A stretch of 64,000 nt of DNA from an uncultured Candidatus Saccharibacteria bacterium (GCA_964589975.1 CAZPVH010000002.1:68217-132216); one strand, 5' to 3'. Shown: positions 1 through 8,282, counted from the stretch's first letter. Notes: generated by a model not told the origin, from the letters alone. Made by a program: numbers and translations.

Positions 1-49
1 TGTGGCTCTGCTATAATAAAAGTCTCATTAGAAAATAAGCACATTAACT

Positions 50-826
50 ATGTCTACAACAGACCTACTCAAAACTCTTCGCGATGAAACCGGCATCTCA
101 GTCATGCAGTGCAAGAAAGCACTCGACGAAGCCGGGGGCGATATGGAAAAGGCGCGCATGATCCTAAAAAAGAAGTCCGGAGACGCAGCGGCCAAGAAAG
201 CTGACCGAGAACTCGGCGCGGGACTTGTCGTCACCACCGAAGAAAACGGAAAAACTGTCATGCTCTCACTTCTATGCGAAACTGACTTCGTGGCAAAGAA
301 CGAGGACTTCGTAAAACTTGCTAAAGCGCTGGCCGGGAAAGCAGCTGAAGGAGGAAAAGAGGCGGCTGAAGCGGCCTCGACGGAAATGCTCGGCGAGGCC
401 ATCCAGAAGCTTGGCGAGAACATCAAGCTTGGTACCGTGCTCGTTTCTGACTCCCCTAACGCCGCGGCTTACAACCACAATGGTCAGTACGCGGCTGTCG
501 TTGTGCTGAAAGAAAAGAACCCTGAACTCGCTCGAGATATCGCCATGCACGCAACAGCCATGCGACCAGGCTTCCTCTCTGAAGCTGATATTTCTGAAGA
601 AGCTAAGACGAAGGCAAAGGAGGTCTTCCAGAAGGAAGTGGACGCACAGTCGGGAGATAAGCCGGAAGACATGAAAGCAAAAATCCTAGAGGGCAAAGTA
701 AATGCTTATTTCAAGGAACAAATCCTAGGAAAGCAGATGTTCATCAAGGATCCATCAAAAACGATCGATCAGCTTGTAAAAGAAGCAAATAATGAAATCG
801 TATCGTTTCAGATTGAAACAATCTAA
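50..826 (+). CDS. tsf: Elongation factor Ts
   Basis: 258-aa ORF. The N-terminal UBA-like motif LLKTLRDETGISVMQCKKAL and the dimerisation core are typical of EF-Ts. Confidence 0.9.
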   Translation: MSTTDLLKTLRDETGISVMQCKKALDEAGGDMEKARMILKKKSGDAAAKKADRELGAGLVVTTEENGKTVMLSLLCETDFVAKNEDFVKLAKALAGKAAEGGKEAAEAASTEMLGEAIQKLGENIKLGTVLVSDSPNAAAYNHNGQYAAVVVLKEKNPELARDIAMHATAMRPGFLSEADISEEAKTKAKEVFQKEVDAQSGDKPEDMKAKILEGKVNAYFKEQILGKQMFIKDPSKTIDQLVKEANNEIVSFQIETI

Positions 827-829
827 ACC

Positions 830-1327
830 ATGTTCGATATCTCGATAATTATCTTCACCGTTTCCCTTCTCGCCATAGTGATCCTTTTCGCCGTTCAGGC
901 GGGAAGGATCGGCGACCGGGAATATCCATCAAAGGATCTTTCATACGAGAATTTCTATAAGCTCCGCCGCAGGACTTATGAATTCTTTCAGTTTGTGATC
1001 CATTCGCTCGCGATTATATTATCTAAGTCATGGGCGCGCGTAACGCACTTTATCTCCTCAATCTTCCACAAAGGCGTGAAGCGCATAGACAGGGAGCTTC
1101 AAAAGCACGAGAAACGAAGCGCAGAAGGCATTGCTAAGCAGTCGGTCTTCATTACGACCGTGAAGGCTTACAAGCATGAGCTCAAAAAACTCAAAGGCAA
1201 AGTAGAGGAAGAATTGCCAAGGCCGCGAACCGAGAATCCCCGAAAACAAGAAGTTGACTTTAAACAGCCAGAAAGTAATATAGAGGAACCTTTGGAAGAA
1301 ATTCCGAATGAAGACGAATCAAAGTAG
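830..1327 (+). CDS. Hypothetical membrane protein (N-terminal TM helix, charged C-terminal tail)
   Basis: 165-aa ORF starting 3 nt after tsf. Hydrophobic N-terminus IIIFTVSLLAIVILFAV; no recognisable family. Confidence 0.45.
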   Translation: MFDISIIIFTVSLLAIVILFAVQAGRIGDREYPSKDLSYENFYKLRRRTYEFFQFVIHSLAIILSKSWARVTHFISSIFHKGVKRIDRELQKHEKRSAEGIAKQSVFITTVKAYKHELKKLKGKVEEELPRPRTENPRKQEVDFKQPESNIEEPLEEIPNEDESK

Positions 1328-1334
1328 AAGCAGC

Positions 1335-1406
1335 GCCGGAGTAGCTCAATGGTAGAGCAACTGTTTTGTAAACAGTAGGTTGGAGGTTCGAGTCCTCTCT
1401 CCGGCT
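1335..1406 (+). tRNA. tRNA-Thr (anticodon UGU)
   Basis: Hand-folded cloverleaf of 72 nt. Acceptor GCCGGAG/CTCCGGC, D-loop AATGGTA, anticodon stem ACTGT/ACAGT with loop TTTGTAA (anticodon TGT), 5-nt variable loop, T-arm GGAGG-TTCGAGT-CCTCT. No encoded CCA. Confidence 0.8.
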
Positions 1407-1446
1407 CAGATAAATCAAAAGGCGCCTCGTAAGAGGCGCCTTTTGA

Positions 1447-1803
1447 TTATTTAATCCCCTTCCAGCTTTTCTTAAAAAGAGTTGATTTGACCTTATGATT
1501 ATCAATCCAGTGATAATGTCCGCCGCGCGGCTTATCCATGAGGAGCGCGTGGTATTTGAATCCATATTTCTTGAGCCAGTCAGCCGTGATCTTCCGGTGC
1601 TCTTTTGATGTCCTGGACGTGAAGAACGTGACGATATGCCCCGAATCATAAATCCGGTTCACTCCTTCGCGCGCGCCGGGATATGGCCGGCACGTCTTCA
1701 TCCTCTCCGGCTCTTCGTTCGGAACATCTGGGCAAATAGTGCCGTCAATATCAATAAGATAATTTTGTTTTCCTTTCGGAAGTACGGGACTCTTCTTTGG
1801 CAT
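1447..1803 (-). CDS. Small HAD-superfamily phosphatase-like protein
   Basis: 118 aa. N-terminal DxDGT motif (LIDIDGTI), Ser/Thr motif II (TFFTSR) and a C-terminal lysine. Resembles small polynucleotide-phosphatase-like HAD domains. The start is 2 nt after the stop of the upstream gene, so probably an operon. Confidence 0.5.
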   Translation of the reverse strand: MPKKSPVLPKGKQNYLIDIDGTICPDVPNEEPERMKTCRPYPGAREGVNRIYDSGHIVTFFTSRTSKEHRKITADWLKKYGFKYHALLMDKPRGGHYHWIDNHKVKSTLFKKSWKGIK

Positions 1804-1805
1804 GG

Positions 1806-2543
1806 TTATTGAGCGCTAGTGGCTGTGGAAGGCTTCTTCACAGACTCTGTAGTATCAGCCGCTTTCAATTCAGCGCTTTCTTCGGCGACAATAAATACAT
1901 CTGGCACGATGGCCTGGATGTCTTCAAACTGTTGGAGACCGTAGTAGACTTCCCCATTGATAACAAGAGCTGGCAACCGCTCAGGCTCTTTGACCTTGTA
2001 AATAGTAATAAGGGCTTTCAGGGCTGAGAGGTCCAGATTATAGTCGAAAGCGTAAACGCGAACGTCCGGATAATCTTGGCGGATATCTGTCAGGATGTAG
2101 CCCTGCTTTTCACAATCCTCACAATCAATCTTGTTCGAGTAGAAATAAATGATGTTTGTCGTTTTGAGGCCGCATTTATCTTCGGCCTTCTTCATCAAGA
2201 GATAGTCTTTAATCTGAAGCAAAGAATAATATTTCCTGAGACTTGCGCGCTCTTCGTCCGAACCAAGCTCTTGGTTTTCAGAAAACTCTATCTTCGCCGC
2301 CAAGTCGTTAAGCTCCTGAGAGAGGATGCTGTCGTTTACATTTCCGCAAGAAAGCTCCTCAAGGAGATCAAACTGTGTCTCTGATGAGAGAATATCGATC
2401 GCGATAGTATTCTCGATATTCCTGATCTCTTTAATCTTTTTATTGCTAAAAAAATTTGACAGATAAAAGGCCGTCAGAAAAAGAAATGCCGTTATGACGA
2501 AAGCTATTATGTATTTTACCCCTTCGCTTCTGTTATTATTCAT
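1806..2543 (-). CDS. Membrane-anchored protein with a CxxC (CEDC) thioredoxin-like motif
   Basis: 245 aa with an N-terminal TM helix (IIAFVITAFLFLTAFYL) and a KIDCEDCEKQ motif. Family not recognised. The start codon directly abuts the CCCGTTAAAGATAGC motif of element E1. Confidence 0.45.
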   Translation of the reverse strand: MNNNRSEGVKYIIAFVITAFLFLTAFYLSNFFSNKKIKEIRNIENTIAIDILSSETQFDLLEELSCGNVNDSILSQELNDLAAKIEFSENQELGSDEERASLRKYYSLLQIKDYLLMKKAEDKCGLKTTNIIYFYSNKIDCEDCEKQGYILTDIRQDYPDVRVYAFDYNLDLSALKALITIYKVKEPERLPALVINGEVYYGLQQFEDIQAIVPDVFIVAEESAELKAADTTESVKKPSTATSAQ

Positions 2544-2656
2544 CCCGTTAAAGATAGCAAATTATTAATTTGCATATCATTATTATTTCAGTATTTTTAA
2601 AAACTTATTCCCCCTTCCCGCAAAGTTATAGCATTAACCGAACATCTCTAACGGGA
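2544..2656 (-). repeat. Inverted-repeat leader/promoter module E1 (CCCGTTAaAGATAGC ... ATCTCTAACGGGA, arms about 100 bp apart)
   Basis: The arms are at 2544-2558 and 2644-2656, with one mismatch in the left arm. Same architecture and orientation relative to the downstream minus-strand gene as E2 and E3. Flanked by ATTCAT on both sides. Confidence 0.5.
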
Positions 2657-2673
2657 TTCATAGGAATTCTGCG

Positions 2674-3939
2674 TTAGCGCCAGCTTACAGCCTTGCGGGA
2701 AATCATGGAATTATACATGGCCCGGAGGATCCAGAACGGCGCGATAACACTGAAGATGAGCATAAACGGAATCAGATAATAGTCAATACCTCCCTTGCCG
2801 GTCGCCATTTTGCGTCCTAGAGAGATAGAGACAATCAGGAGCGAGTACATCATGACCATGATGAACAGGTGTCCGCCAGTTGCAAAGAAGAATGGATCGA
2901 CATTTAGGCCGAAATTGAAATCAAGTCCTGTCATGGAGAGCCTTTCAATATTTTTCGACGCGGCCATGGCGGTGTTGTAGACGAAGAGCGACAAAATATA
3001 CGGGACGGCAATCATGGAAATGACACCCGCCGGCACAGAGAAGACAGAAAAAGTTCCGTATTTTCTCTTGAACAAAATTTTTCTATAATCCCAGCAATTC
3101 ATGATGAAGCCGTAGATCCATCGGAGACGCTGCTTGTAGAGTTTCTTGACCGTATTCGGCGCAGTAGTGTAAACGAAGGCGTCATTGCACTGATCGATCT
3201 TCATATGATTCGACTGCATACGGAATGCGATCTCCATATCTTCGGTATTGTGCGCTTTCACATAGTTTCCGATCCTTTCGAAGACTTCACGGCGATAAAA
3301 AGAGAACGGCCCAGGGGTAACATATATGCCGCCCAGGAATCCGAGCATTTTTTTATTGAAAACAGCCCACTCATATTCGACTCGCTGCACGATCTGCATG
3401 ATACCTTTCGGCTTGTTAACAATAATTGATGGGGAAACAGCCATAGTCTCAGGGTCATTTTCAAAATAAGACATGATGCGCTTCAGAGCCTGCGGGTGCA
3501 CGAATGAGTCTGCGTCTAGGCAGCCAATAAATCTGGACGTCGAGTTAGCAATACCATAGTTTACAGCCGTATGCTTGCCGCCATTTTCTTTTTGGAGGAC
3601 CTTGATCCCGCGCATGCCTTCGTAAGACTTCATCACATCCCATGTGTTGTCTGTCGAGCCATCATCAACGAGAAAAATATTGAGTTTGTCTTCCGGGTAA
3701 TCAAGCGCGAAGAGGGACTCCACAGTACCCTGGAGGGTATGCTGCTCATTCCAAGCCGGAACAATGATGGTAACCTCCGGATAGCTCTTTAGCTCAATAT
3801 GACCATTTCGGATCTTTATTTCCTTTCGCTTCTCAAGGAAGGTCAGCAGAAAAACGACCTGAACATAGGTCGACAAAAAGGCCAAAGAATAAAGGATTAT
3901 TGAGGATAACTGGTGCATCTGGTACCCAAAATATAGCAT
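2674..3939 (-). CDS. Family-2 glycosyltransferase (processive PgaC/NodC/cellulose-synthase-like, multi-TM)
   Basis: 421 aa. GT-A motifs VTIIVPAWNE, LVDDGSTDNT and CLDADS, the QRLRW processivity motif, and TM helices at both ends. The start could instead be the downstream Met at 3918. Confidence 0.8.
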   Translation of the reverse strand: MLYFGYQMHQLSSIILYSLAFLSTYVQVVFLLTFLEKRKEIKIRNGHIELKSYPEVTIIVPAWNEQHTLQGTVESLFALDYPEDKLNIFLVDDGSTDNTWDVMKSYEGMRGIKVLQKENGGKHTAVNYGIANSTSRFIGCLDADSFVHPQALKRIMSYFENDPETMAVSPSIIVNKPKGIMQIVQRVEYEWAVFNKKMLGFLGGIYVTPGPFSFYRREVFERIGNYVKAHNTEDMEIAFRMQSNHMKIDQCNDAFVYTTAPNTVKKLYKQRLRWIYGFIMNCWDYRKILFKRKYGTFSVFSVPAGVISMIAVPYILSLFVYNTAMAASKNIERLSMTGLDFNFGLNVDPFFFATGGHLFIMVMMYSLLIVSISLGRKMATGKGGIDYYLIPFMLIFSVIAPFWILRAMYNSMISRKAVSWR

Positions 3940-3943
3940 TTTT

Positions 3944-4022
3944 AGACCCTTCCGGCAACCCGCCCGAACGCACCAAAAGTGAATAAATTTGACCTACGCC
4001 GCGTTCGATTCGGGCGGGTCTA
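3944..4022 (-). promoter_or_regulatory. Structured 5' leader hairpin immediately upstream of the GT2 start codon
   Basis: On the minus strand, AGACCCGCCCGAAUC-GAACGC-[29-nt loop]-GCGUUC-GGGCGGGU-UGCCGGAAGGGUCU sits 4 nt before AUG. It forms about 20 bp of nested pairing. The outer GACCC/GGGUC helix covers the SD-like GGAAGGG. Confidence 0.4.
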
Positions 4023-4061
4023 AAATCCCCAACCCGGCCGGGAGGCCGAATTGGGGATTTT
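4022..4061 (-). terminator. Rho-independent terminator of the DUF378 gene
   Basis: AAAAUCCCCAA-[18-nt GC-rich loop with an inner CGGCC/GGCCG]-UUGGGGAUUUUAG directly after the stop codon on the minus strand. Confidence 0.55.
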
Positions 4062-4078
4062 AGGGAGTTTTAGAGGTA

Positions 4079-4330
4079 TTACATCTGCTTTGGAGCGCCG
4101 TTTGAATGGCAGCCACAAGATGAGCAAATGCCCTTGCATCCGGCGCACTTGCACCAGAAGAATTTGATAGCGGCAAGACCAACCAAGAGGTAAACGATAT
4201 GCTCAAGCGTCGGCATTGATCCGAGGATCAAGTTTACGACGTTAAGATTCGTCTTCAAGAGATATCCGAGTCCTACCAATCCCCAATTCAACGCGCCGAT
4301 AACCACCAACACCATTGCAAGTTTCTTCAT
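4079..4330 (-). CDS. DUF378-family small membrane protein with a Cys-rich C-terminal tail
   Basis: 83 aa. The GALNWGLVG motif and two TM helices are typical of DUF378. It carries an extra tail, WCKCAGCKGICSSCGCH. Confidence 0.65.
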   Translation of the reverse strand: MKKLAMVLVVIGALNWGLVGLGYLLKTNLNVVNLILGSMPTLEHIVYLLVGLAAIKFFWCKCAGCKGICSSCGCHSNGAPKQM

Positions 4331-4447
4331 AAATAGTTTTTCGCTATTAATTAATAATCTGAATCCATTATATCATGTCTAAAATTCGGTCAAGACAAAA
4401 GTTGACAAGGCGGAGCAAAAAGATAGTATTGCCTTAAAACCGACAAC

Positions 4448-5260
4448 ATGGACGAGCTTTACGGCCTTTCTTATGAAGCAAGGGGCGAGAAGCCCATCCC
4501 CACGCTCATTATCAACATCAAAAGAGCCCAAGAAGAAGAGGCGATGGAAATACTTCGGAAAGTGACTCAGCGAGAGCCAGATGAGAGACAGGTGAATTAC
4601 TTGAAGAAGAAAAAATCTCTTCCCTTCGCGCTGGAAAACGGATTCGGCCACGGCAGTTGTGGGGTCATAGAAAAGGATGATAATCATGTTCGATTCACAT
4701 TTCCACTCGCAAGGAGGAACATGCGAGAGACAGTGGTGACGATCAACACACTTATGTTCTGTCTGTCGGCACGCATTGAAGACTACTACAGCGAGCTCGT
4801 TCAAACGGATCTGCAGCTATTCACCTTCGATACTACTTACGGAGAATCGCACCACTACTCTCATGCGATCATGGGTTACCCATCACGCAGATTCAAGGAC
4901 TGGCTGGATGATTACCATACGAGCCACCCGAAGATAGTGACGCGTGATGGCCTAAAAAGGGAGATCGTTTTCTTCCCAGACTACTTCATTGAAGGCATGG
5001 CTCGGAGCTGGCACAAGCTCTCCGGCAGAAAACCTTCCCAAATGGCTATGGATGGAGTCGGTGGCTGGGTAAGGGGCGAACAGCTCTTCACATTCGTCTG
5101 TCCTGGCAATGCGGCAAGCGCCGCAATCTATCCGGGGCATGAATACCAGATAAGCAGCCACAACGTCTGGGCTCCGGAGATGCAGCTGACGCTCCTTACG
5201 GGACTATTCTGCCTCTTCGAGTTCATCCAAAAGCACCCCGACGCGAAAAGCGCCCCGTAA
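4448..5260 (+). CDS. Hypothetical protein
   Basis: 270-aa ORF with no recognisable motifs. The stop codon lies in the loop of a GC hairpin plus T-tract at 5247-5280. Confidence 0.5.
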   Translation: MDELYGLSYEARGEKPIPTLIINIKRAQEEEAMEILRKVTQREPDERQVNYLKKKKSLPFALENGFGHGSCGVIEKDDNHVRFTFPLARRNMRETVVTINTLMFCLSARIEDYYSELVQTDLQLFTFDTTYGESHHYSHAIMGYPSRRFKDWLDDYHTSHPKIVTRDGLKREIVFFPDYFIEGMARSWHKLSGRKPSQMAMDGVGGWVRGEQLFTFVCPGNAASAAIYPGHEYQISSHNVWAPEMQLTLLTGLFCLFEFIQKHPDAKSAP

Positions 5261-5288
5261 AGGGCGCTTTTCTTTTTTAATATTTTTA

Positions 5289-5927
5289 TTAGTTACTACG
5301 AGGAGTTATTTGTAGAGTAACAGCATCTATCATATAAGTTTTTAGACTTAGATCGGACTCATTATTGTCATTTGCAATAGTCACATAAACCGTTGCACCA
5401 TTGCCGTAAACTTCATGTATTGATTCTTCTGGTTGTAACGTTATGAGATCCTTAATATTTTTTCCATAAAAATCCACAACCGCAATCACACCTGGCTTAT
5501 CTTCGTAGTATCTATTTACAACTAGTTTATCCGACCCCAGAAAGGCACGCACACTTAAACCATTAACATAGCCACCGTCAATCTCGGGGTATAGCTTTTT
5601 ATTTCCGTAATCTATGACTTTATACGCATGTGTTTCTTGGCTGGTAGCATACTCCAGAAGAATAAGCTTATTGTCAGGATATGATAAATTTATTCTTGGC
5701 GCCCCCATATCCCTGCTAGAAGTAAAATTATTCCATATCGCAAATATATCGTCACCGAAAGACTGATTTGAATCCGTCGAGGAGATCGTGTTGGTTACTA
5801 TGTTTTTTTGTTCAGGAGACTTATTATTCTTACCTAGATAATACCCTACCAGTAAACCCACCAACAAAACCAATATGACTAATACGGCAGACTTTAAATT
5901 GTGATTATTTTTATTTTCTGTATCCAT
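5289..5927 (-). CDS. Hypothetical membrane-anchored protein (AT-rich island)
   Basis: 212 aa with one N-terminal TM helix (AVLVILVLLVGLLVGYYL). Local GC is visibly lower than in neighbouring genes. Confidence 0.5.
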   Translation of the reverse strand: MDTENKNNHNLKSAVLVILVLLVGLLVGYYLGKNNKSPEQKNIVTNTISSTDSNQSFGDDIFAIWNNFTSSRDMGAPRINLSYPDNKLILLEYATSQETHAYKVIDYGNKKLYPEIDGGYVNGLSVRAFLGSDKLVVNRYYEDKPGVIAVVDFYGKNIKDLITLQPEESIHEVYGNGATVYVTIANDNNESDLSLKTYMIDAVTLQITPRSN

Positions 5928-5976
5928 ATTTATATTATATCAACAATATTTTAATCGAAATGATTTTGTGGTCTTT

Positions 5977-6870
5977 TTACTTGAGCTTAAAACCCTCAAT
6001 AGCACTAATCGCAATTTCGTAATCTCTCAGTTCATCAACATAGTGATCATATGCTCTTGGCAAAATAAGGTCTGGGTAATTATACGTATGACTTATTGAG
6101 TATAGATACTTCTCATTTTCAAAGTAGTAAATATCTGCATATTGATAAAAACCATTACCAGCCTTTATTCTAAGTACTTGTACGTCTTCTCCGTTTATCT
6201 GTTTAGTTATTTTAAACGGACCTTCGGCTTCCGAATTTTGTATATTATTTTCTTTACGACGATCTGCCCAAAGCTTAATGATTCCATCAAGGTACGTCGA
6301 AAGATTGAAATTAGGTTCTTTCTCAATAACCGCCAAATCAATTACCGGTCTAAGAGTTGCACAGTCTGGTAAATATTTATATCCTATTATTCCCTTAAAA
6401 ACGATGCCTTCTTCGCCACCAGAATTCATCTGCTGAAAAGTTATAGGGACTTTCGTGTGTCTAGGGATATAAATATCTTCAGGATTAACAATCTTTTCTG
6501 CTCCATTTAGAGTCTCCTTATTACAACTTGTATATTCCTCACGAGTAGTTTCAAACTCTGATGGATATGAAATTATAAACCGAAGATTATCGCTTTCATA
6601 TACACCCTTGTCAGTGTTCTTAATAACAATAAGCGGGTTATTTTTACCAGCAGTAATTGCCTTTTCCCTGTCGGGATAGCTTACAATGGGAGTAGAGAAA
6701 TCACCTGAATAATTCTGCTGTGGTACATCTTCCGTCTCTGAATCTATATTAATTTGCTCCACAATATAGCTAGTCTCATTTTCTGAACGGCCAATAAGTA
6801 ATGCATAAACCGCCAAACCAAAAACTACGACTACGGACATCCATCCTATGTGTTTTCTTTTGATGTTCAT
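5977..6870 (-). CDS. Hypothetical membrane-anchored protein (AT-rich island)
   Basis: 297 aa with an N-terminal TM helix (WMSVVVVFGLAVYALLIG). The start codon is 3 nt after the rpoD stop. Flanked by 18-24-nt direct repeats at 5945-5968 and 6868-6891. Confidence 0.5.
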   Translation of the reverse strand: MNIKRKHIGWMSVVVVFGLAVYALLIGRSENETSYIVEQINIDSETEDVPQQNYSGDFSTPIVSYPDREKAITAGKNNPLIVIKNTDKGVYESDNLRFIISYPSEFETTREEYTSCNKETLNGAEKIVNPEDIYIPRHTKVPITFQQMNSGGEEGIVFKGIIGYKYLPDCATLRPVIDLAVIEKEPNFNLSTYLDGIIKLWADRRKENNIQNSEAEGPFKITKQINGEDVQVLRIKAGNGFYQYADIYYFENEKYLYSISHTYNYPDLILPRAYDHYVDELRDYEIAISAIEGFKLK

Positions 6871-6873
6871 ATT

Positions 6874-8139
6874 TTAATCGAAGTGATTTCGAAGTCTTAT
6901 GATTTTTTCATTTTGGCGGAGTTTTTCGTGGACTTTCGCTTCAATCTGTCGAATTCGTTCGCGTGTGACGCCGAATTCATGGCCCACTTCTTCGAGTGTA
7001 TGCTGGATGCCGTCTTCGAGTCCGTAGCGCATCTCAAGGATTTTCTTTTCCTTTGGAGAAAGCTCGTTCAATACTTCCCTGATCTGATCAGAGAGAATCC
7101 GCTGCGCGGATTCCTGATCAGGTCGCATGATCTTGTCATCAGGAATGAATTCGCCGAGCGTAGATTTGTCTTCATCGTCGCCAATAGGCTTCTCGAGAGA
7201 CGCCGTTGTCTGGCTGATTTTTTCGATGATGTGAATTTTTTCTACTTCAACTCCCATCTCTGTGGCGATTTCTTCTGCAAGAGGTTCGCGCGCCAAGTCC
7301 TGGAAGAGGCGTCGGTAAACCTGCTTGTATTTCGAAATAGTTTCCACCATGTGAACTGGGATACGGATCGTTCGGGATTGGTCGGCCAAGGCACGAGTAA
7401 TAGACTGGCGGATCCACCAGGTCGCATATGTAGAGAATTTGAAGCCCTTTGACCAGTCGAATTTCTCGACAGCCTTGAAGAGGCCAAGGTTTCCTTCTTG
7501 GATGAGGTCGAGAAGTGTCAGGTCTTGGCTTCTGCCGGCGTATTTCTTGGCAATAGAAACGACGAGACGAAGGTTCGCGCGGGCGAGGAGATTTTTCGCT
7601 TCCATGTCGCCTGCTTCAATTCGCTTAGCGAGGTCTTTTTCCTGCGCCGCTTTAATAAGCGAGTACTGGCCGATTTCCTTTAGATACATCTGGATGGAGT
7701 CGCGGCTCTTCTTGTCTTTCGAATATTTCTCAGCGACTTTCTTTTCATCTGCATCCATGTCGAGAAGGTTTCCGCCCTCAATCACATCGATCGAAGACTC
7801 CATGAATTTGGCATAGAGATCATCGAGGAGAATGATGTCGTTTTCGATCGTCGGAAAATTACGAAGAATCTCATCGTACGTGATGAATCCGCGCTTCTTA
7901 CCTTTCGTCACAAGTCCCTCGATCTTTTCCCGAATCGCCTGAGCTTTTGGATTCTCTTTTGCTGGCTTCGCAGCCTTGGCAGGAGACTTTTTAACCTCTT
8001 TTACAGTCGGCTTCACAGCTTTCGCTTTTTTGAGGACCTTCTTTGGGGCTTTTTTGACGACCTTTTTAGCTGGTTTTTTAGCTTTTTTGACCGCTTTCTT
8101 TGAAACCTTCTTCGCGAGTTTTTTCTTTTTAGCTTTCAT
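6874..8139 (-). CDS. rpoD: Primary sigma-70 factor with a lysine-rich N-terminal tail
   Basis: 421 aa. Regions 1.2-4.2 are recognisable ([29 protein letters not shown], and region 4 [21 protein letters not shown]). The first ~70 aa are KKA/KKV repeats where the acidic region 1.1 normally sits. Confidence 0.9.
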   Translation of the reverse strand: MKAKKKKLAKKVSKKAVKKAKKPAKKVVKKAPKKVLKKAKAVKPTVKEVKKSPAKAAKPAKENPKAQAIREKIEGLVTKGKKRGFITYDEILRNFPTIENDIILLDDLYAKFMESSIDVIEGGNLLDMDADEKKVAEKYSKDKKSRDSIQMYLKEIGQYSLIKAAQEKDLAKRIEAGDMEAKNLLARANLRLVVSIAKKYAGRSQDLTLLDLIQEGNLGLFKAVEKFDWSKGFKFSTYATWWIRQSITRALADQSRTIRIPVHMVETISKYKQVYRRLFQDLAREPLAEEIATEMGVEVEKIHIIEKISQTTASLEKPIGDDEDKSTLGEFIPDDKIMRPDQESAQRILSDQIREVLNELSPKEKKILEMRYGLEDGIQHTLEEVGHEFGVTRERIRQIEAKVHEKLRQNEKIIRLRNHFD

Positions 8140-8256
8140 CCCGTTAGAGATAGCGATTTTTTAAATCGCGTACCTGCATTTATTCTGATAATTTAATACC
8201 TTTTGTTGATATTCTCCCATTCCTGCCATTCCCTGGTAAAAACATCTCTAACGGGA
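8140..8256 (-). repeat. Inverted-repeat leader/promoter module E2 (CCCGTTAGAGATAGC ... ATCTCTAACGGGA, arms 104 bp apart)
   Basis: Arms at 8140-8154 and 8244-8256 form a perfect 13-bp inverted repeat. The gene-proximal arm directly abuts the rpoD ATG (GCTATCTCTAACGGG-ATG on the minus strand). Confidence 0.5.
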
Positions 8257-8282
8257 CAGGTGCCGTTTAGTATAAGCTATTT

